From: Laetmonice hystrix
Taxonomy: Eukaryota
Reading direction: 5' to 3'
Length of the DNA stretch: 64,000 nucleotides
Assembly (NCBI GenBank): GCA_965235115.1
Contig: OZ249451.1
Location: forward strand, 18,662,001 to 18,726,000
Shown: piece by piece, positions 9,075 through 23,900 of the stretch
Numbering within the stretch: position 1 is the first letter of the stretch
How the letters are laid out: every line of letters begins with the position of its first letter
Position numbers and translations under genes: made by a program
The notes under the pieces: generated by a model
Told to the model about the DNA's origin: nothing
Database searches by the model: none
The model's input: the letters and a program-made list of their open reading frames with translations, nothing else

Positions 9075-9700
9075 CAAACCTAATATGGATGTAGACACAA
9101 GTGACAATACTCGTGTATGGCGGGGGGGGGGGGGGGTGTGAGCCCAAACCTAATATGGGTGTACACATGAGTGACAATACTCGTGTATGGCGGGGGGGGG
9201 GGGCAGCCCATACCTAATATGGGTGTACACATGAGTGACAATACTCGTGTATGGCGGGGGGAGAGCCCAAACCTAATATGGATGTACACACGAGTGACAA
9301 TACTCGTGTATGGCGGGGGGGGGGGGGGGTACAGCCCATACCTAATATGGGTGTACACACGAGTGACAATACTCGTGTATGGCGGGGGGGGGGGGCAGCC
9401 CATACCTAATATGGGTGTACACATGAGTGACAATACTCGTGTATGGCGGGGGGGGGGGGCAGCCCATACCTAATATGGGTGTACACACGAGTGACAATAC
9501 TCGTGTATGGCGGGGGGGCCATACAGTACCTAATAAGGTGTACACACGAGTGACAATACTCGTGTATGGCGGGGGGGGGGGCAGCCCATACCTAATATGG
9601 GTGTACACATGAGTGACAATACTCGTGTATGGCGGGGGGGGGGGGCAGCCCATACCTAATATGGGTGTACACACGAGTGACAATACTCGTGTATGGCGAG
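9075..9700. repeat. ~59-70-bp minisatellite with a variable G-run in each unit (~10 copies)
   Basis: GAGTGACAATACTCGTGTATGGC(G)n...CCCATACCTAATATGGGTGTACAC repeated. Confidence 0.95.
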
Positions 9701-10095
9701 GAGGGGCAGGGCCCGTTATAACATGACTCCGCCCCCAGTCCACCACCATGCCACCACCCCGTATCACCCCGCAATCAACCCTAACTCGGTCTCAGCCCCT
9801 GATTAACCTAGAAGATTACCGTGTGGTTGGTATTAATAGACTGTTTCATGTCATTACTACACGCACACACACCCCGCCCGGCCACATTACCGGTAATCTC
9901 ATTACCTGTACAGTGTCCGTGCTCTAATTCTACAGAAACATTCAACGAGCAGAAATCAAGATGTATTCAACGTCATACCATGCCATTATGATGTATCTCT
10001 CGATTCCACGAGAACCAACTCCGTAGTCCTAATTTTTTAAAGCCAGCATGTGCAACGGAAGGCTGGTGCTTCAGACATAACCACCTATTTGTACT

Positions 10096-10635
10096 TTCAC
10101 ATACAACAACCTACCTGGCCGGGGAGACGTTCACATACAACCACCTACTTGGCCGGGGAGACGTTCACATACAACCACCTACTTGGCTGGGGGAGACTTT
10201 CACATACAACCACCTACTTGGCCGGGGAGACGTTCACATACAACCACCTACTTGGCCAGGGGAGACTTTCACATAAAACCACCTACTTGGCCAGGGGAGA
10301 CTTTCACATACAACCACCTACTTGGCCAGGGAGACTTTCACATACAAACACCTACTTGGCCAGGGAGACGTTCACATACAAACACCTACTTGGCCGGGGA
10401 GACGTTCACATACAACCACCTACTTGGCCGGGGAAGACTTTCACATACAAACACCTACTTGGCCAGGGGAGACTTTCACATACAAACACCTACTTGGCCG
10501 GGGGAGACTTTCACATAAAACCACCTACTTGGCCGGGGGAGACTTTCAAATAAAACTACCTACTTGGCCGGGGGAGACTTTCACATACAAACACCTACTT
10601 GGCCGGGGGAGACTTTCACATACAAACACCTACTA
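10096..10635. repeat. 34-35-bp minisatellite (~16 copies)
   Basis: TCACATACAACCACCTACTTGGCCGGGGAGAC(G/T)T repeated. Confidence 0.95.
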
Positions 10636-10862
10636 CTCCCCCCTCCCCAAATAACACAATGCACTAACACGAGCTGTCTATAGTGTAGGCCACCACAACA
10701 GTTTACAGCGTAAACGTCCGGAATTTTAGAATTCAGGTCAAATCCGTGGCCCCTAACTTTAGCTATCTCAGGTCAAAATCACAGGGAAAACATGCTATAA
10801 TTTATCAGGTGTTCAAGAAATGGAAATGTTACAAGTTGGCTAGTGAAGCATCATCCCTTGAC

Positions 10863-11101
10863 CAGGGCCGTAGCTAGCGGGGGGGGGGGGGGCAGCTGCC
10901 CCCGCCTGTGAAACCTTGGAATTTGTTCCCAGATGTCAGGAAAACGCGTATTTGGCCCTGTAATTTTCTGGGGGAGGGCCCCCAGACACCGCTCATCGTT
11001 TCGCGCCTTCGGCGCTCGTATGGGGACACCCCCTTTCCAAAATTCCTGGATCCGCCCGTGACTGCCCCCCCCCAACTCAGAAATTTCTAGCTACGGCCCT
11101 G
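10863..11101. mobile_element. MITE with 15-bp perfect TIR and 5-bp TSD
   Basis: TTGAC|CAGGGCCGTAGCTAG ... CTAGCTACGGCCCTG|TTGAC. Confidence 0.85.
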
Positions 11102-14100
11102 TTGACCGGACAATTACTTCCATATTTTATTCCTTTACCTTTACAGATCTCTTGGCCCTACTGTCGCCGTAACAGCAACGACTGCAGGACTGCAATGACA
11201 ATGTCCATGAGAGATGTTCATAAAGCTGTTCTTCATATTAATGATCATGTGGCATGATATACTAAAATCTAATATTCAAGAGAATGAAATAACTTTTGAT
11301 TACTGGATCGGATCAGCATCACTGGAGGACATCATGTCCCCACGCGCCCTGTATATCTACAGACGCCAGGAACCCGCACACTGTTCACATACACACGTTC
11401 ACACAACACGTTAGTATACTTGATAAATACAAATACAATTGTATCTAAGACATCACAGCCCTCCCGATCTGAAACGCCGTATATAATTATAAAACGCTAA
11501 TTAAGAACGTTCTGCTGAGATCATCTCTTAAGACCTGAGGAAAAGGGGGCAGAGTAACACGGCTAGCCGGAGACTTGGCACTTTTAAGTCCTGTACCACG
11601 TAGCACAGATAGCATCTTCCAAACCTACAAAAAAAGATTTCTATTTGCTTGGGGTGACCAATAGTGATGTCAACCTACCGCCCACCCGAGAGAAACCCGT
11701 GATGGTATCAGAGCCCGTAATAAATGACTTCACCAATAACTTAATCTCCCAACCAAATTCTCCCGGGAAACGGCTAATCAAGAGTCGATTGTGAAACTTA
11801 ACAACTAAATGAGCCAACGTCGATTACCCCGCACGGTGACTACAGCTACCCTTGGGGGAACGACTTAAGAGAAAATCCACCTTGTGTGTTTCGAAGGATG
11901 GTGCACGAGAGACGGTGATGGTAAAAATAGAAGATCCTAAATATGATATGTGGACAGGTTGGTGTGAGGAGGCGTCGTTGGGATTAGAAGTCGGCTACTA
12001 TAATCAGGCGTTGTTTGTCAGTTTAATTACGGTGGTGTTCGATTGTGCACTATGCCTGTCTCCTCAACGTAATGAGATTCCATCGAGATGCCGATGTGGG
12101 CATGTTCAGCAAGGCGGCTCTTATATACGACTAATTAAGTTCCATTTGTCCTGGTCGGGATTAATTTCGATCAAGATTCTGCAGCCGGTATTAATATGAT
12201 GTTCTGTATATATACGTTACTGTAGGCGGCAAGCCGGGTATATATATCACGACGTTATTCCTCTATTTGTATACACTCTATACTCCCAATCTTCCCGTAA
12301 TCTTTAGGACATCCAAGAATCCAGACTGCCAAGGCTAACTGACTTTAACCGACTTACTTAATCAAAATCGTATATACTTCACGCCGTGGGGGAAAGATTC
12401 TTTTGAAAAGGGCGTCCATATATCTAGAAGAGACCTGCATAGATTTTTAAAATGGAATTGTTGTAAGTTACGGGCGGGAATCGCGGAACATGAATGCCAG
12501 CCATCTCAGTTGATACCAGGCTTAATTTATCATAGAACTTTCGGATTGCATAAGTGGAAAATGGCTTCGCTGTTTGAATTAATAAACTAGAGATACGTCG
12601 AGATACGCATACATGTGAAAGTACTACAAGTTAAAAGGACATCACCATGCATGCAATCTCACTAAGTGATGTGTACGTGATTCAATCTCCTACAGGCTGA
12701 AATTTAATTACAGTTTTCATGCCTGCTTTTAGTCGAATCTCCCGAGGCGCTTTCTAATTCTCCATCATTTCATGTTAAGTTAGGAATGGATTTTCCCGGG
12801 AGAATTGTAAAGACATACAAGCATGACATACCTGAGAAAAAAAACATGAAACAAGATGATTGAAGTGGATTTTTCATTAGAAATCCATATCTCTATATCC
12901 TGACGTTATCGGGGGTGGGGGAGGGTGGGGGGTCCGTATGATTCGATCTTCCACCGACTGTTTCCTAATTCAAATCATATGATCCTGGTTTCAAAGGTAA
13001 CGTTCAGGTCAAGATCAAAGGATCCCGGGATGAACACCATCGAAGTCCTTCACATCAAATAACTCACAATCCACGGATAACTTAATGAAGTTCCCCCATC
13101 TTTTTCAACCCAACCCTGTCTCTATCTGCCGCTGAAATATTTCATGACGTTATTTGCTGAATCATCGTTTTTGATATATCCTTGTGTAAGAGAGGTGGAG
13201 GTTGTGGGGGATTTCTATAGGGATTGCCCAGTAATAATGCCAGATATCCCCTGATAATAGCCGCTGTGATAAGAGCACGCCTGTGATGTGCACATTGTTA
13301 TTATTCCAGAACCCGGCGAATTCTCCCCTCCTGGCCTCTTCCTTTCATTACCACGCACCGTTAGAGACCTCCCGCCGAATCTCTGCACGGAGACTTTCTG
13401 CTTGGGTTGGCAACGCAGACATTCACACCCAGGGGAGGGAGAAAACCCGACGTCATTAATATTACTGCCATCAGAATGCTTATTACATTCTTGTTTCTGG
13501 CACCTGCTTCCTGTCCGCCCCACCCCCCACCCTACCAAAACCCCACCCTCCCGGAAACCACCGCCATTTCAAGTTCTGCCAACACGTCCGAGACAAGTGG
13601 GACTTGAAGTGTAACCAAAAAAAACCTCTCCCCATCCTGTGGACTTCAATGTTCCATCATATCTCTCCTCCATCCAACCATCACTTCCCGAGTTGGCGCG
13701 ACAAAAGAAAATTCTTTCATAGCTTCTTTTTCTTCGTCACAGAACGAACTATAATTGGGACAGACAAAGCAAATTGAGTGCATGAAGGCTTAGAGAGAGA
13801 GCCTAGCTGGTATTTTTAGAGTCCCTGCTAGAACTAATGTTTTCTTATCTAAATCTCAAGACAGCTTTCTGAAATGTTAGGCAGCTTAACTTAATTTAAA
13901 GAGAATTGAAATTCAATCAGCCATTGAGAGCCATTTCCCTGACGGCTTCATTTCATAACATAATAATCTATAAACTTATGAGGTTACGAAAAAACTTCAG
14001 CAAGATGCACGAAACTTAGTAGATATTTAATGGCTGCCGCTCAGCTGAGGCGGCTTATGTCGTGGCAATAATCCCGAGTGATGAAATATCTACGTTATCG

Positions 14101-15649
14101 CACTGCTGGAAATATAAATAATATAATTTATTCTTGCTGGGGAGCATCTTTAAGGAGTAGAATTAACTAACTTATGTGTAGGCCCAGTTCTCTGCGCCAT
14201 TGGTGCATGGCAGTATGGCCAATTCATGTTGTATCTGCCATGCGCGATGATCCCGACGCCTGCGCTGTAGTCCTCTTGAATATTAATTATATATGACAGC
14301 GCCAAATTTGGACAATGACGACACTGACAACAGTGACAGGATGGAAAAAAGAAGCCAAATATCACATCTAGATGGGGGAAATGTTTGTTGCAAATTTGCA
14401 TTCTCTTAGGGCTGATAACGTACAAGTTTGTTTTGAGACCTCTGAGAAAAACGTCACGCTCTGAATACCTCTATGATGACGTCAACAACTTGAACCAGCG
14501 ATACTGGCCTCTCTTCATTTCTAACTGGCCCATTTAGCCCTAATGCCCTGAGGATGAACATGACATCGATGGATTACAATTAATTGAACGCGCCAACGTG
14601 AACCCAAAATTGAAACGTCACATATAAGATTCACGTTGATTTCGAACGTTGTTTGTAAGGAGCAATCTGATTGGCTGTTCGATCCCCAAGCCGCTGCTCT
14701 CTGTCGGCTCATCGAGCGTGCTTATCTCGCTATACCCTCATCACTTCTCATTACCCGCCACCCCTCTAGGGAAGAATTGATTTACCTTAGGGAGCGTCGT
14801 TCCTGTAAGGTCTCGCGAGGGCAACTTGGCTGGGCCCCAAGGCTGCATAATACGATTACAGCGTTTCTCATCACTGGAGTGGATTATGATAATACTGGAG
14901 CGTTCTCATTACAACTGGAGTTAGCTCCACCTTACACCACGCCCACCGTCACCGACGCTCGGCTCACTGTCTTAGCTTCCAGAAACCAGGCCCAGGAATC
15001 GGGTCGAGGTAGAAACGAGAAGGTTCAGCCATAAAAGGTTTTAGTTTACCCCGAGTTAGGTCCATGATGGTGTTTGCTAGGAGGGTCTAGGGATGGGAGT
15101 GTGGGTTTTCGTAAAAAGGGTTTTCGTAAAAGGATTCTAGCCAAGAGGGTTTTGGACTGGGGTCATTTAGCCCTTTCCCTTGAACCCATAACGGGATAAG
15201 CCAGACAGTGTACGTAAAGATGGGAGGTTTATCTTGTAGACTCAAAGCTGTGCCTTTAACTAAGTTCTACCACAGCGTTGTAACATCCCTGCGAAATCAA
15301 GACAGAAAAATAACGTTTTGAAAATCCAAATACGTTTGGCTGCCGAAGAAAACCCCCGAATGCCTATTATTAGATCTGATTCTATCTAGGACTGGTATTA
15401 AAAAAATAAAATTTAAATGGCGAAAACGAATAATCTTCGATAAAAATCTACAAATGTTGTGGGTGAAATTCGTGATTAACATCTCCGATAGGTGGCGCTC
15501 ACTGTGAGTGTTGCTTATCCATGTCAGCTCACGAGGATTTGTTCATTAAGTAGGATGTGATATTCATGAGAATGATCGACCTGTTGTAATGGTAGACTCC
15601 AGGGCGCCACCAATGGCACGTTTCTCACGGGTTCTATGTGACCTTGCAC

Positions 15650-15651
<2 letters not shown>

Positions 15652-15697
<46 letters not shown>

Positions 15698-16053
15698 GAT
15701 TGCTGTTGCTGATTGGCTGCTGCTTGCTGCTGCTTGCTGCTGCTTGCTGCTGCTTGCTGCTGCTTGCTGCTGCTTGCTGCTGCTTGCTGCTGTTGCTGCT
15801 GAGTGCTGCTGCAGATTGGCTGCTGCTTCTGCTGCTTGCTGCTTCTTCTGCTGCTTGCTGCTTCTTCTGCTGCTTGCTGCTGCTGCTTGCTGTTGCTGTT
15901 GGCTGCTGCTGCTTGCTGCTGGCTGCTGCTGGCTGCTGTTGGCTGCTGCTGCTTGCTGCTGGCTGCTGCTGGCTGCTGTTGGCTGCTGTTGGCTGCTGCT
16001 GCTGCTGCTGCTGCTGGCTGCTGCTTGCTGCTGCTGCTGCTTGCTGCTGCTGA
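15652..16053. repeat. Compound CTG-derived microsatellite (includes a TGCTTGCTGC 10-mer variant)
   Basis: Direct inspection. It explains the poly-Q/S/A/L/C ORFs at 15524-16148. Confidence 0.95.
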
Positions 16054-17112
16054 TGCCATCGACTGTCACTATCAGAAAGACTTTCTCAGGTAAACCGCTC
16101 TGTCGCCGGGCAGGGGTAATTCCACCGACACAGGACAAACACAAGTGATTCTATCCGAAAGGTTGACCCCTGTAGAACGACTCCGTCATCCCTCAACCCC
16201 TTACCCACCGTTCCCACTTAACATGACATTCATATTCAATTTCTTGATCATCAAGTAAATCAGGCTTCCAATAATTATTGCTCTACTAACCTATTAATTG
16301 ACATAGTTGACCTACTAACCTATTAATTGACATAGTTGACCTACTAACCTCAATATTTCAGCTCTTGTAATACACTCGGGTTGCTGTTTACCCTTTAAGG
16401 GGCATTCCTTTATTTACTACAACACAACCACGGCATTTGAAGGGTTAAAGGCAAAAGTCCCGACCCAGTCCGAGTCCCCCTCCCTAAAAAAGAAATCTGA
16501 TTTCAAAACTGTTTGTGCTGTGTTTCGCACTTTGCTGCCACAGAACCTCGGGTTTTTAGTCCATTAGAATCTGGTTTTTACCTCAGCCTGTTTGAATACA
16601 CGATAATTATTGCGACACTGGATGACGGAGTCTCTTCAGGTGCTTCAGAGCAAGACTTCAGTGCAATTACAGAAACCACGGTGCCGCCGAGAGTCGCTTG
16701 CCATCCCGATACATCCAAATCTAATTACTGCCACTGTTTCAAGTTTCATGCATGCTACAATTAGATTAGAGGACCATAATTGTTTTGAATAAGATTAACA
16801 AATATAGCTTTTATCATCTAAAAGTGACGTTTAAATTTTTCAGGTTTCTTTTTGCCTTACTCTCGTCTCCATCTGGTCTGAACAAGGACAGCTGTTAAAT
16901 TTTTAAATGCTAATATTTTAATTGCATTATCTTGGATAATTTTCTCTTTTGATATCCATGTCATTAGGCGTATACTGCGTCAGTTCGAATACAGGTGTAC
17001 AACGAAAACTTCAAATTGATACATGGAAAACCGGTCCGTGTATTTCACGATTTCTACAAAATTTTATAATAAAACTGCAGCTGTTAGGATGGTGGACGTC
17101 TGAAATATCTTA

Positions 17113-17427
17113 AGCCCGCCGCACACTGGCACGATTTGTCACGATCTTAGCCGAGCCGACGTCGGGAACCTGTCCGGAGTTGCCTCACGACTGCAGTCGG
17201 GCAAAATCGTAGCCGATTTAAAATGTTAATCGGGAGCCGCAGCAGTCAGCTGCCATCGGCAGCCGCAACCAATCACAGCACGCCGCAGGATCACGTGGCA
17301 CGTGACCACGATCACGATCACGTGGTCGTCCATCCAAGATGTCGTGACGGTGTGTGAGGGCAGTCGCGAGTCGGCTCATATCGGGTCGGATCGTGTCGGC
17401 CAAAATCGTGACAGTGTGCGGCGAGCT
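17113..17427. mobile_element. PIF/Harbinger-type MITE (315 bp)
   Basis: ~25-bp TIR with 2 mismatches (AGCCCGCCGCACACTGGCACGATTT), TTA on both flanks (17110-17112 and 17428-17430). Confidence 0.85.
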
Positions 17428-18838
17428 TTAGGATGGTTCAGTCTACCTCTCCTGATAAACAGACTGTCAGACTCATTAAACTGACAAAATTAAGATTTGA
17501 ACCTTCCTCCCAAATAACAACAAATTAACTTTTCCGTAAAATCAAATCATCTCAGAGGTTGGGAATTTAGCGGTGTATCTCTGTTACGACTTGTAAAGTA
17601 AAAAAGCGCGCCCAATAATTGACCTTGATAAAGGTCAAGTTGTCCGAGTGTCGGGTCCTCCCCAAGCCAGCAGTACTGGGCCCCTATGTCAGGTAAGTGG
17701 CGGGGTCAAGTTGGCAGTTCGGGGGTCACCATACAAAGTTAGTACTAGTGACTGGCAGCTTACCCGTGTCTTGTCATGGATCCATCGAATGTAACAACAT
17801 AATATAAACCATTACATAAGACAATATCAGAACATTTTTAATTAATGTACAAACGTGGCGCTGATGATAAACAACTTGCTAATTGTTCGCCGCGATAATC
17901 AATAATTAATCCGTCATTGCTATGGCCTGCTGGTCCATAATGCGACTGAGGATTATAAAGACCTCGGCGCGACAAGTTATCTGGGACAGCAAAGTGATTT
18001 ATGATTCTTGATTAACCAACTAATTGGTACACACAAGTTTCCACTGGGATGTCAAGGGTACATAATGCACACTATAATGCATTACCATCTCCACCCAGCT
18101 TGAGGCCAGACTAACCACTTGCCGAGTCAGGCCCCCCGTCTTGGCCAATTAGAACAGCCACTAGCGGTCCCCAGTGGTTAATGACGTCACTGGTTGGTAA
18201 CGTGACGTCATGACGTAACCAGTAAAAATTACGCCACCAGGCCGGCAGCTGGGTCCGGTATCGTGGAGGCCGGAGCTACTCGCCGCCTTCACTGCGAGTA
18301 GTTCAAGGAAATGAGCTACGCCATCATTGCAGGGCACGTCCTCCCTTCTCCATCATGGAACACACTGTCTATAATTAGTGCATAGACATCAGGCATTTAT
18401 AATAATTACAGTATTCAACACCTAATGAATGGGTTCTGTAGTTAGAACTGCAGCTGGATATAGCTTCTACACGGCAGTTGGACCTTCTAGCCGGCTGAGG
18501 TAGTCAGATATAATGGATGGCTTGCCTACACTGGCGGAGTCGGTCTATAGCTAACATGCATGGGCCATTCTTCTAGGCAGCATTTGTACTAGCGTTATGG
18601 GAGGCAGGTGGTGATACCTGTGGGGCTATAGAAGCTAACGAACGGTCGGCTGTAAGTACCGGTCCCAGGTGATACAGACTCGGCGGGACCTGACCCGCCT
18701 ACCAAACACCCCACAACCCCTGCGGGATTTCTCGTTACTAGTCGGAGAGCACTCTCTGTACTTCCGACCACACTCCGCCACCGACTGGGTCGTTGTAACA
18801 GTTCGGCTCAACGCCATCCCCGACCAGCTCATAGGAAA

Positions 18839-19343
18839 CACTTAGCACTGGTATAGCGGTCACACTTAGCGCTGGTATAGCGGTCACACTTAGCGCTGGT
18901 ATAGCGGTCACACTTAGCGCTGGTATAGCGGTCACACTTAGCGCTGGTATAGCGGTCACACTTAGCGCTGGTATAGCGGTCACACTTAGCACTGGTATAG
19001 CGGTCACACTTAGCACTGGTATAGCGGTCACACTTAGCGCTGGTATAGCGGTCACACTTAGCGCTGGTATAGCGGTCACACTTAGCACTGGTATAGCGGT
19101 CACACTTAGCGCTGGTATAGCGGTCACACTTAGCACTGGTATAGCGGTCACACTTAGCACTCGTATAGCGGTCACACTTAGCGCTGGTATAGCGGTCACA
19201 CTTAGCGCTGGTATAGCGGTCACACTTAGCACTGGTATAGCGGTCACACTTAGCACTCGTATAGCGGTCACACTTAGCGCTGGTATAGCGGTCACACTTA
19301 GCGCTGGTATAGCGGTCACACTTAGCGCTGGTATAGCGGTCAC
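18839..19343. repeat. 24-bp minisatellite (~21 copies)
   Basis: CACTTAGCGCTGGTATAGCGGTCA repeated; source of the SVTAIPAL ORF. Confidence 0.97.
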
Positions 19344-19480
19344 AACTTTTTTTTACCGATAAACCCCTCGTTTTTATCGGAAGTCGTTCGGCGATAGATT
19401 TCTAGACAACTGGAATAGTTCTATCACAATATTCTGTTAGAAAAGAAAACTGAGTAGCCCCGAGCGAGAATACGAATAGC

Positions 19481-19856
19481 AAATTCCTGTCGAGTTCTGG
19501 CCCGGTGGTGGGGCACTGAATCCCTAAGATATTCCTGTCGAGTAATCGCCCGGTGGTGGGGCACTGAATCCCTGAGAAATTCCTGTCGAGTTCTGGCCCG
19601 GTGGTGGGACACTGAATCCTTGAGAAATTCCGGTCGAGTTCTGGCCCGGTGGTGGGGCACTGAATCCCTGAGAGATTCCTGTCGAATACTCGCCCGGTGG
19701 TGGGACACTGAATCCTTGAGAAATTCCTGTCCAGTACTCGCCCGGTGGTGGGACATTGAATCCCTGAGAAATTCCTGTCCAGTACTCGCCCGGTGGTGGG
19801 GCACTGAATCCCTAAGATATTCCTGTCGAGTACTTGCCCGGTCGTGGGGCACTGAT
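19481..19856. repeat. 48-bp minisatellite (~8 copies)
   Basis: ATTCCTGTCGAGT.CT.GCCCGGTGGTGGGGCACTGAATCCCTGAGA repeated. Confidence 0.95.
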
Positions 19857-20253
19857 GGGAGTCTTCCCACGGTATCCGGGGATTATGGGTAGAGCACTAT
19901 GACGTCAGCAGTAACAACCTTGCGGTTCTAACCATTACGTGTAGACTTTGATTCCATCCCTTGTCAGAAACACACCTGCCCACCTCGAGATTGTAAAGTC
20001 TTCAAGTCGTGTGTACAATACGAAAGAGATCATTTCATGCCACCTCGGCTGGAGACCACCGTGACCTGCTGCAGTTATTCTGGGCAGAAGTTGGACGTGA
20101 CTTGTAATCGGATCGACGTGAGAACGTTTATCACTGAGAGAGGGAAACCTTAGAGAATGGCGGCGAGTGTGCCATATGGTAGTACCAAAATAAAACGGGG
20201 TGGGTAAATTATTGTCGAGACAAATAAAAACACCGCAAAAAAACGGCGAAAAT

Positions 20254-20335
20254 ACTCACACTAAACATCGACGTCTTGCACCACGAAAAAAAACTGTTAA
20301 AACCTGTGCTGACTGACGTCACACCGCGCATGCGC
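20254..20335 (-). promoter_or_regulatory. Candidate promoter / short first exon (NRF1-like GCGCATGCGC, CRE TGACGTCA, downstream GTGAGT donor)
   Basis: GCGCATGCGC at 20326-20335, TGACGTCA at 20314-20321 and a minus-strand GTGAGT starting at 20259, in a CpG-rich setting. No downstream coding exons were confirmed. Confidence 0.35.
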
Positions 20336-20476
20336 TTGCCTTCTCAACGAGCACCATAAACACTGAGTGTTGGACGAGATAAAATGTTCGTACTACGTCC
20401 TGTATGGGCGTCCTGTTGGCATCATCCAACCGTCATTAGTCAGAGAAATTTCAGTCCAGTCATGGCCAAGGTGAAC

Positions 20477-20945
20477 AATGTGTATCATTGTTGGTCAGGT
20501 GGACATTTAAATGTGTGTATCATTGTTGGTCAGGAGGTGGACATTAAGATGTGTATCATTGTTGGTCAGGTGGACATTTAAATGTGTATCATTGTTGGTC
20601 AGGAGGTGGACATTTAAATGTGTATCACTGTTGGCCAGGAGGTGGACATTTAAATGTGTATCATTGTTGGTCAGGAGGTGGACATTTAAATGTGTATCAT
20701 TGTTGGTCAGGAGGTGGACAATTAAATGTCTATCACTGTTGGTCAGTAGGTGGAGAATTAAATGTGTATCATTGTTGGTCAGGAGGTGGAGAATTAAATG
20801 TGTATCATTGTTGGTCAGGAGGTGGACATTTAAATGTGTATCATTGCTGGTCAGGAGGTGGACAGTTAAATGTGTATCATTGTTGGTCAGGAGGTGGACA
20901 TTTAAATGTGTATCATTGTTGGTCAGGAGGTGGACAATTAAATGA
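20477..20945. repeat. 36-bp minisatellite (~13 copies)
   Basis: AATGTGTATCATTGTTGGTCAGGAGGTGGACATTTA repeated. Confidence 0.97.
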
Positions 20946-23900
20946 GTATCAGTCCGCCGGGAGATACAAAGGTTCAGTCTGCCGCACGCGTGTGTAAACA
21001 AGCCTGTCGAATGACACTCACGTGCATTGTATGCTGATCAACCACTGAGGGGTATCACCCGGTGACCTTTTAACCGTTATCTACCCCCACGGCCCCACTG
21101 TCAACATTTACGTCATGATCACCCTATCAGTCACCTCCAGTTACCCCTCCAACCCCGCGTCCTCCAGCGTTCATTACACTCATCTCCCGGCGACACTTTC
21201 AGATAACATTCCCCCTAAATCTCTCAAAACATAAAGTCTTAAGTAAGATCTGTTTGCTGAGGGTCATTTGTAGGCTCTCCACATGCACATCGGTAAGGAA
21301 GAAAACAGCCAGGATCTGATCCAAAATGACGGATGCAGGACGTCGATTGGGGCGTGGAGGTTGCCTGGAATACCAAGTTCATGTCACTCGTCACTTACAC
21401 AGCGCTGAACCCCGCCAAAACACATCCATAAAACGTTTTCTTAACGTTATGAAAACACTCACGGACGGGTACGACAACCTGGGCCGGGAGGCTGACTGAT
21501 GGAACGCTCCACCCTGCATAAAACGTCTGCAGGATTATTACGTGACGTAATTCTGACGTCACGGAACAGCGCCACCTGGCGGGGTACAACATGATCTAGT
21601 CTGAACTCCACCTGACCACGGTGGAAAACACAAATAGAGACTGAACTCCTTGCGTCCAAGTCCACCTGACCACGGTGGAAAATTCAAGGGACTGCATGAA
21701 CTCCTTGCATCCAAGTGTGGAATTAGGATCAGAACTTTATACGATACGACAAGAACTAGTACCGCCCGCGGAACTATATTCTAGTGCCAAACAACGCCCA
21801 TGTCCCTCCAGTCCCCGCAGGAGTGATGTTAAATATCCTTACTCCTGACGCCATGACCATTAAAGAACTTAAGCCAAACATATCTCTTCCGACATCTAAG
21901 AAGGGCCGACCTTTACTGACAAATCCACCTTACCCCGACTTTATTCACAAACTCTTCATGTTCTTTTGGCATGAGCCGAGACAGCCTTCGGAAGATTAAT
22001 GTGGTGTGAAGTCACACAACTTCACAGATTAGTCCAAGCGAAGAATAATCTGACAGCGACCCACCCTCAGTCGAGACGCCCACTGAAAGTGACTTTAGCC
22101 GCTGGCCGAGTTGGAAACACGGTTTGATTCATCAAGAACCAACTACACTCCCCGGAGAAATTACTGAAAGCCAGGGACGGCATCAAAGACTTGAGTCAAA
22201 TATGTTACCTTCTTAGACCGTGTTCGGGGCGCCTTCCCGGCGCCAGCCCCGTGACACACGGTCGAGAGATTCAAAACCTCAGAAAGACTGGTTTGCTGAC
22301 CACTAAACCGCCACCGACCCCCAGTGGTGAAGTGTTCACGCTGTCCGTCTCGATCTAAGGCTGCCTTTATATCAAAATATTAACACAAGTGTACCGGCAT
22401 CAGGTCTGATCAGTCTCAGCGTCTCTTGAAGCTGCACCTTTTCACACTTCTGGCTCTATTTGTATTTTCTTTTCCATGAAGGATTTGAAACGGCCTAACC
22501 AAATTCGAAGATTAACGTCCCCAACGGCACGTGCCTTTCTGGGTGGAGCTTCATTTTACTTAGGAGACTAGCCACGTCACATAAAGAGCCAAACTGAAAC
22601 TCTGTGGGGAGCGTTACGGGAGTCCATGATAAAGAAGATGCATTCTGGCATTCAACTTCACACACCACAGTCCTGTAAATATTGACTGGAAATCAACTTC
22701 AGAACTCTTCAAGTCAACCGAACGGAAATTTTCCCACCCGCTCTCAAAGCTTCAAGCGTCTCTCTCAACATTTCCTTTTAAAAGACCTCCATGTCCCCTT
22801 CAATCAATCCATACAACTTTTGGAACCTCCAAAATATGCGTTTACCGACCTCTGACCTTCAGCCTTCCCCTTGAACAAGGCTCTGACAGAGCCGGGTGTT
22901 GTCAGAGAGAGCGGTAGTGGGGAGGAACTTGCAATACCACCTGAGTGGAATGTCTTGCTCCTGACAACCAGTCTGCCAGCCTCGCCCACCCAATGCATGT
23001 TCTCTTTGACGACGGCAGACTGGTAGATTCTATACTCGATTGTCCTTGACAGACTAAAATGTGGGGTCTAAGGTACAGCATCATCAGAAGGCAAAGGGCA
23101 AGGGGGTGAAAAGGGACATGTGGGGTGTTGAGGGGTTATAGAATCAATGCTGAGTGGGGGTGGCAGTGTGTGTAGGGGGTGGGGTGTCCCGATGTATTGT
23201 CCGTGACCCTTGCAGCCTCTTACAGTTTGCCCGATTCAGGTGCGGAGTTATGCATTGGTCAGTGTTCCTCTGTGATTGAGCATTGACGACATGACATCCC
23301 CTCTGTCCGCCCATAATAAAACTCAACCCAGTGTGGCTCCCCAGAATAAAACCACAACAGGCCGCCCCTTACACTGCGCCAGATCAGCATCACAGATCTG
23401 CCCATCGATCTCATTGAAAGGGGACGTTCATTAGTCTGGCTTGCCGTGGACATGTCAGATGAAGCAGCCTTCATTTGAAGCCACTTTTCAAACACTGGTG
23501 CCTGAAGTCTGTACCCGCTGTCAACTGGTGTACGATATGTCAAAGTAACTACTGCAGTGACGCCAGGATCTGGTACAGCTATCGCCTGAGTCTGAGATTT
23601 CAAACTCTTCCCTCCACTAGTCAAACTGACCGTCTTGATATGGCCCTGGCTGTTATAAAGGTGTACAACCTCAATCCAAATACAAAAATTCAAACGTTCT
23701 GGTACGGCTGTCCAGCATCCCTTCGTAATGATGTTACGTCCCTACACTCCTGAACCTAAGCAACATCTTAGGACAACATCTTACCTGATTTTTACAGTCT
23801 AGAGTGTCATGTCGCATCTACAGTCTGAACACATGTACATATGTCTGGTTTCTTCTTCATCATATTGATAAACTTAATTCAAGCCGTAGGGATTCCCAAG

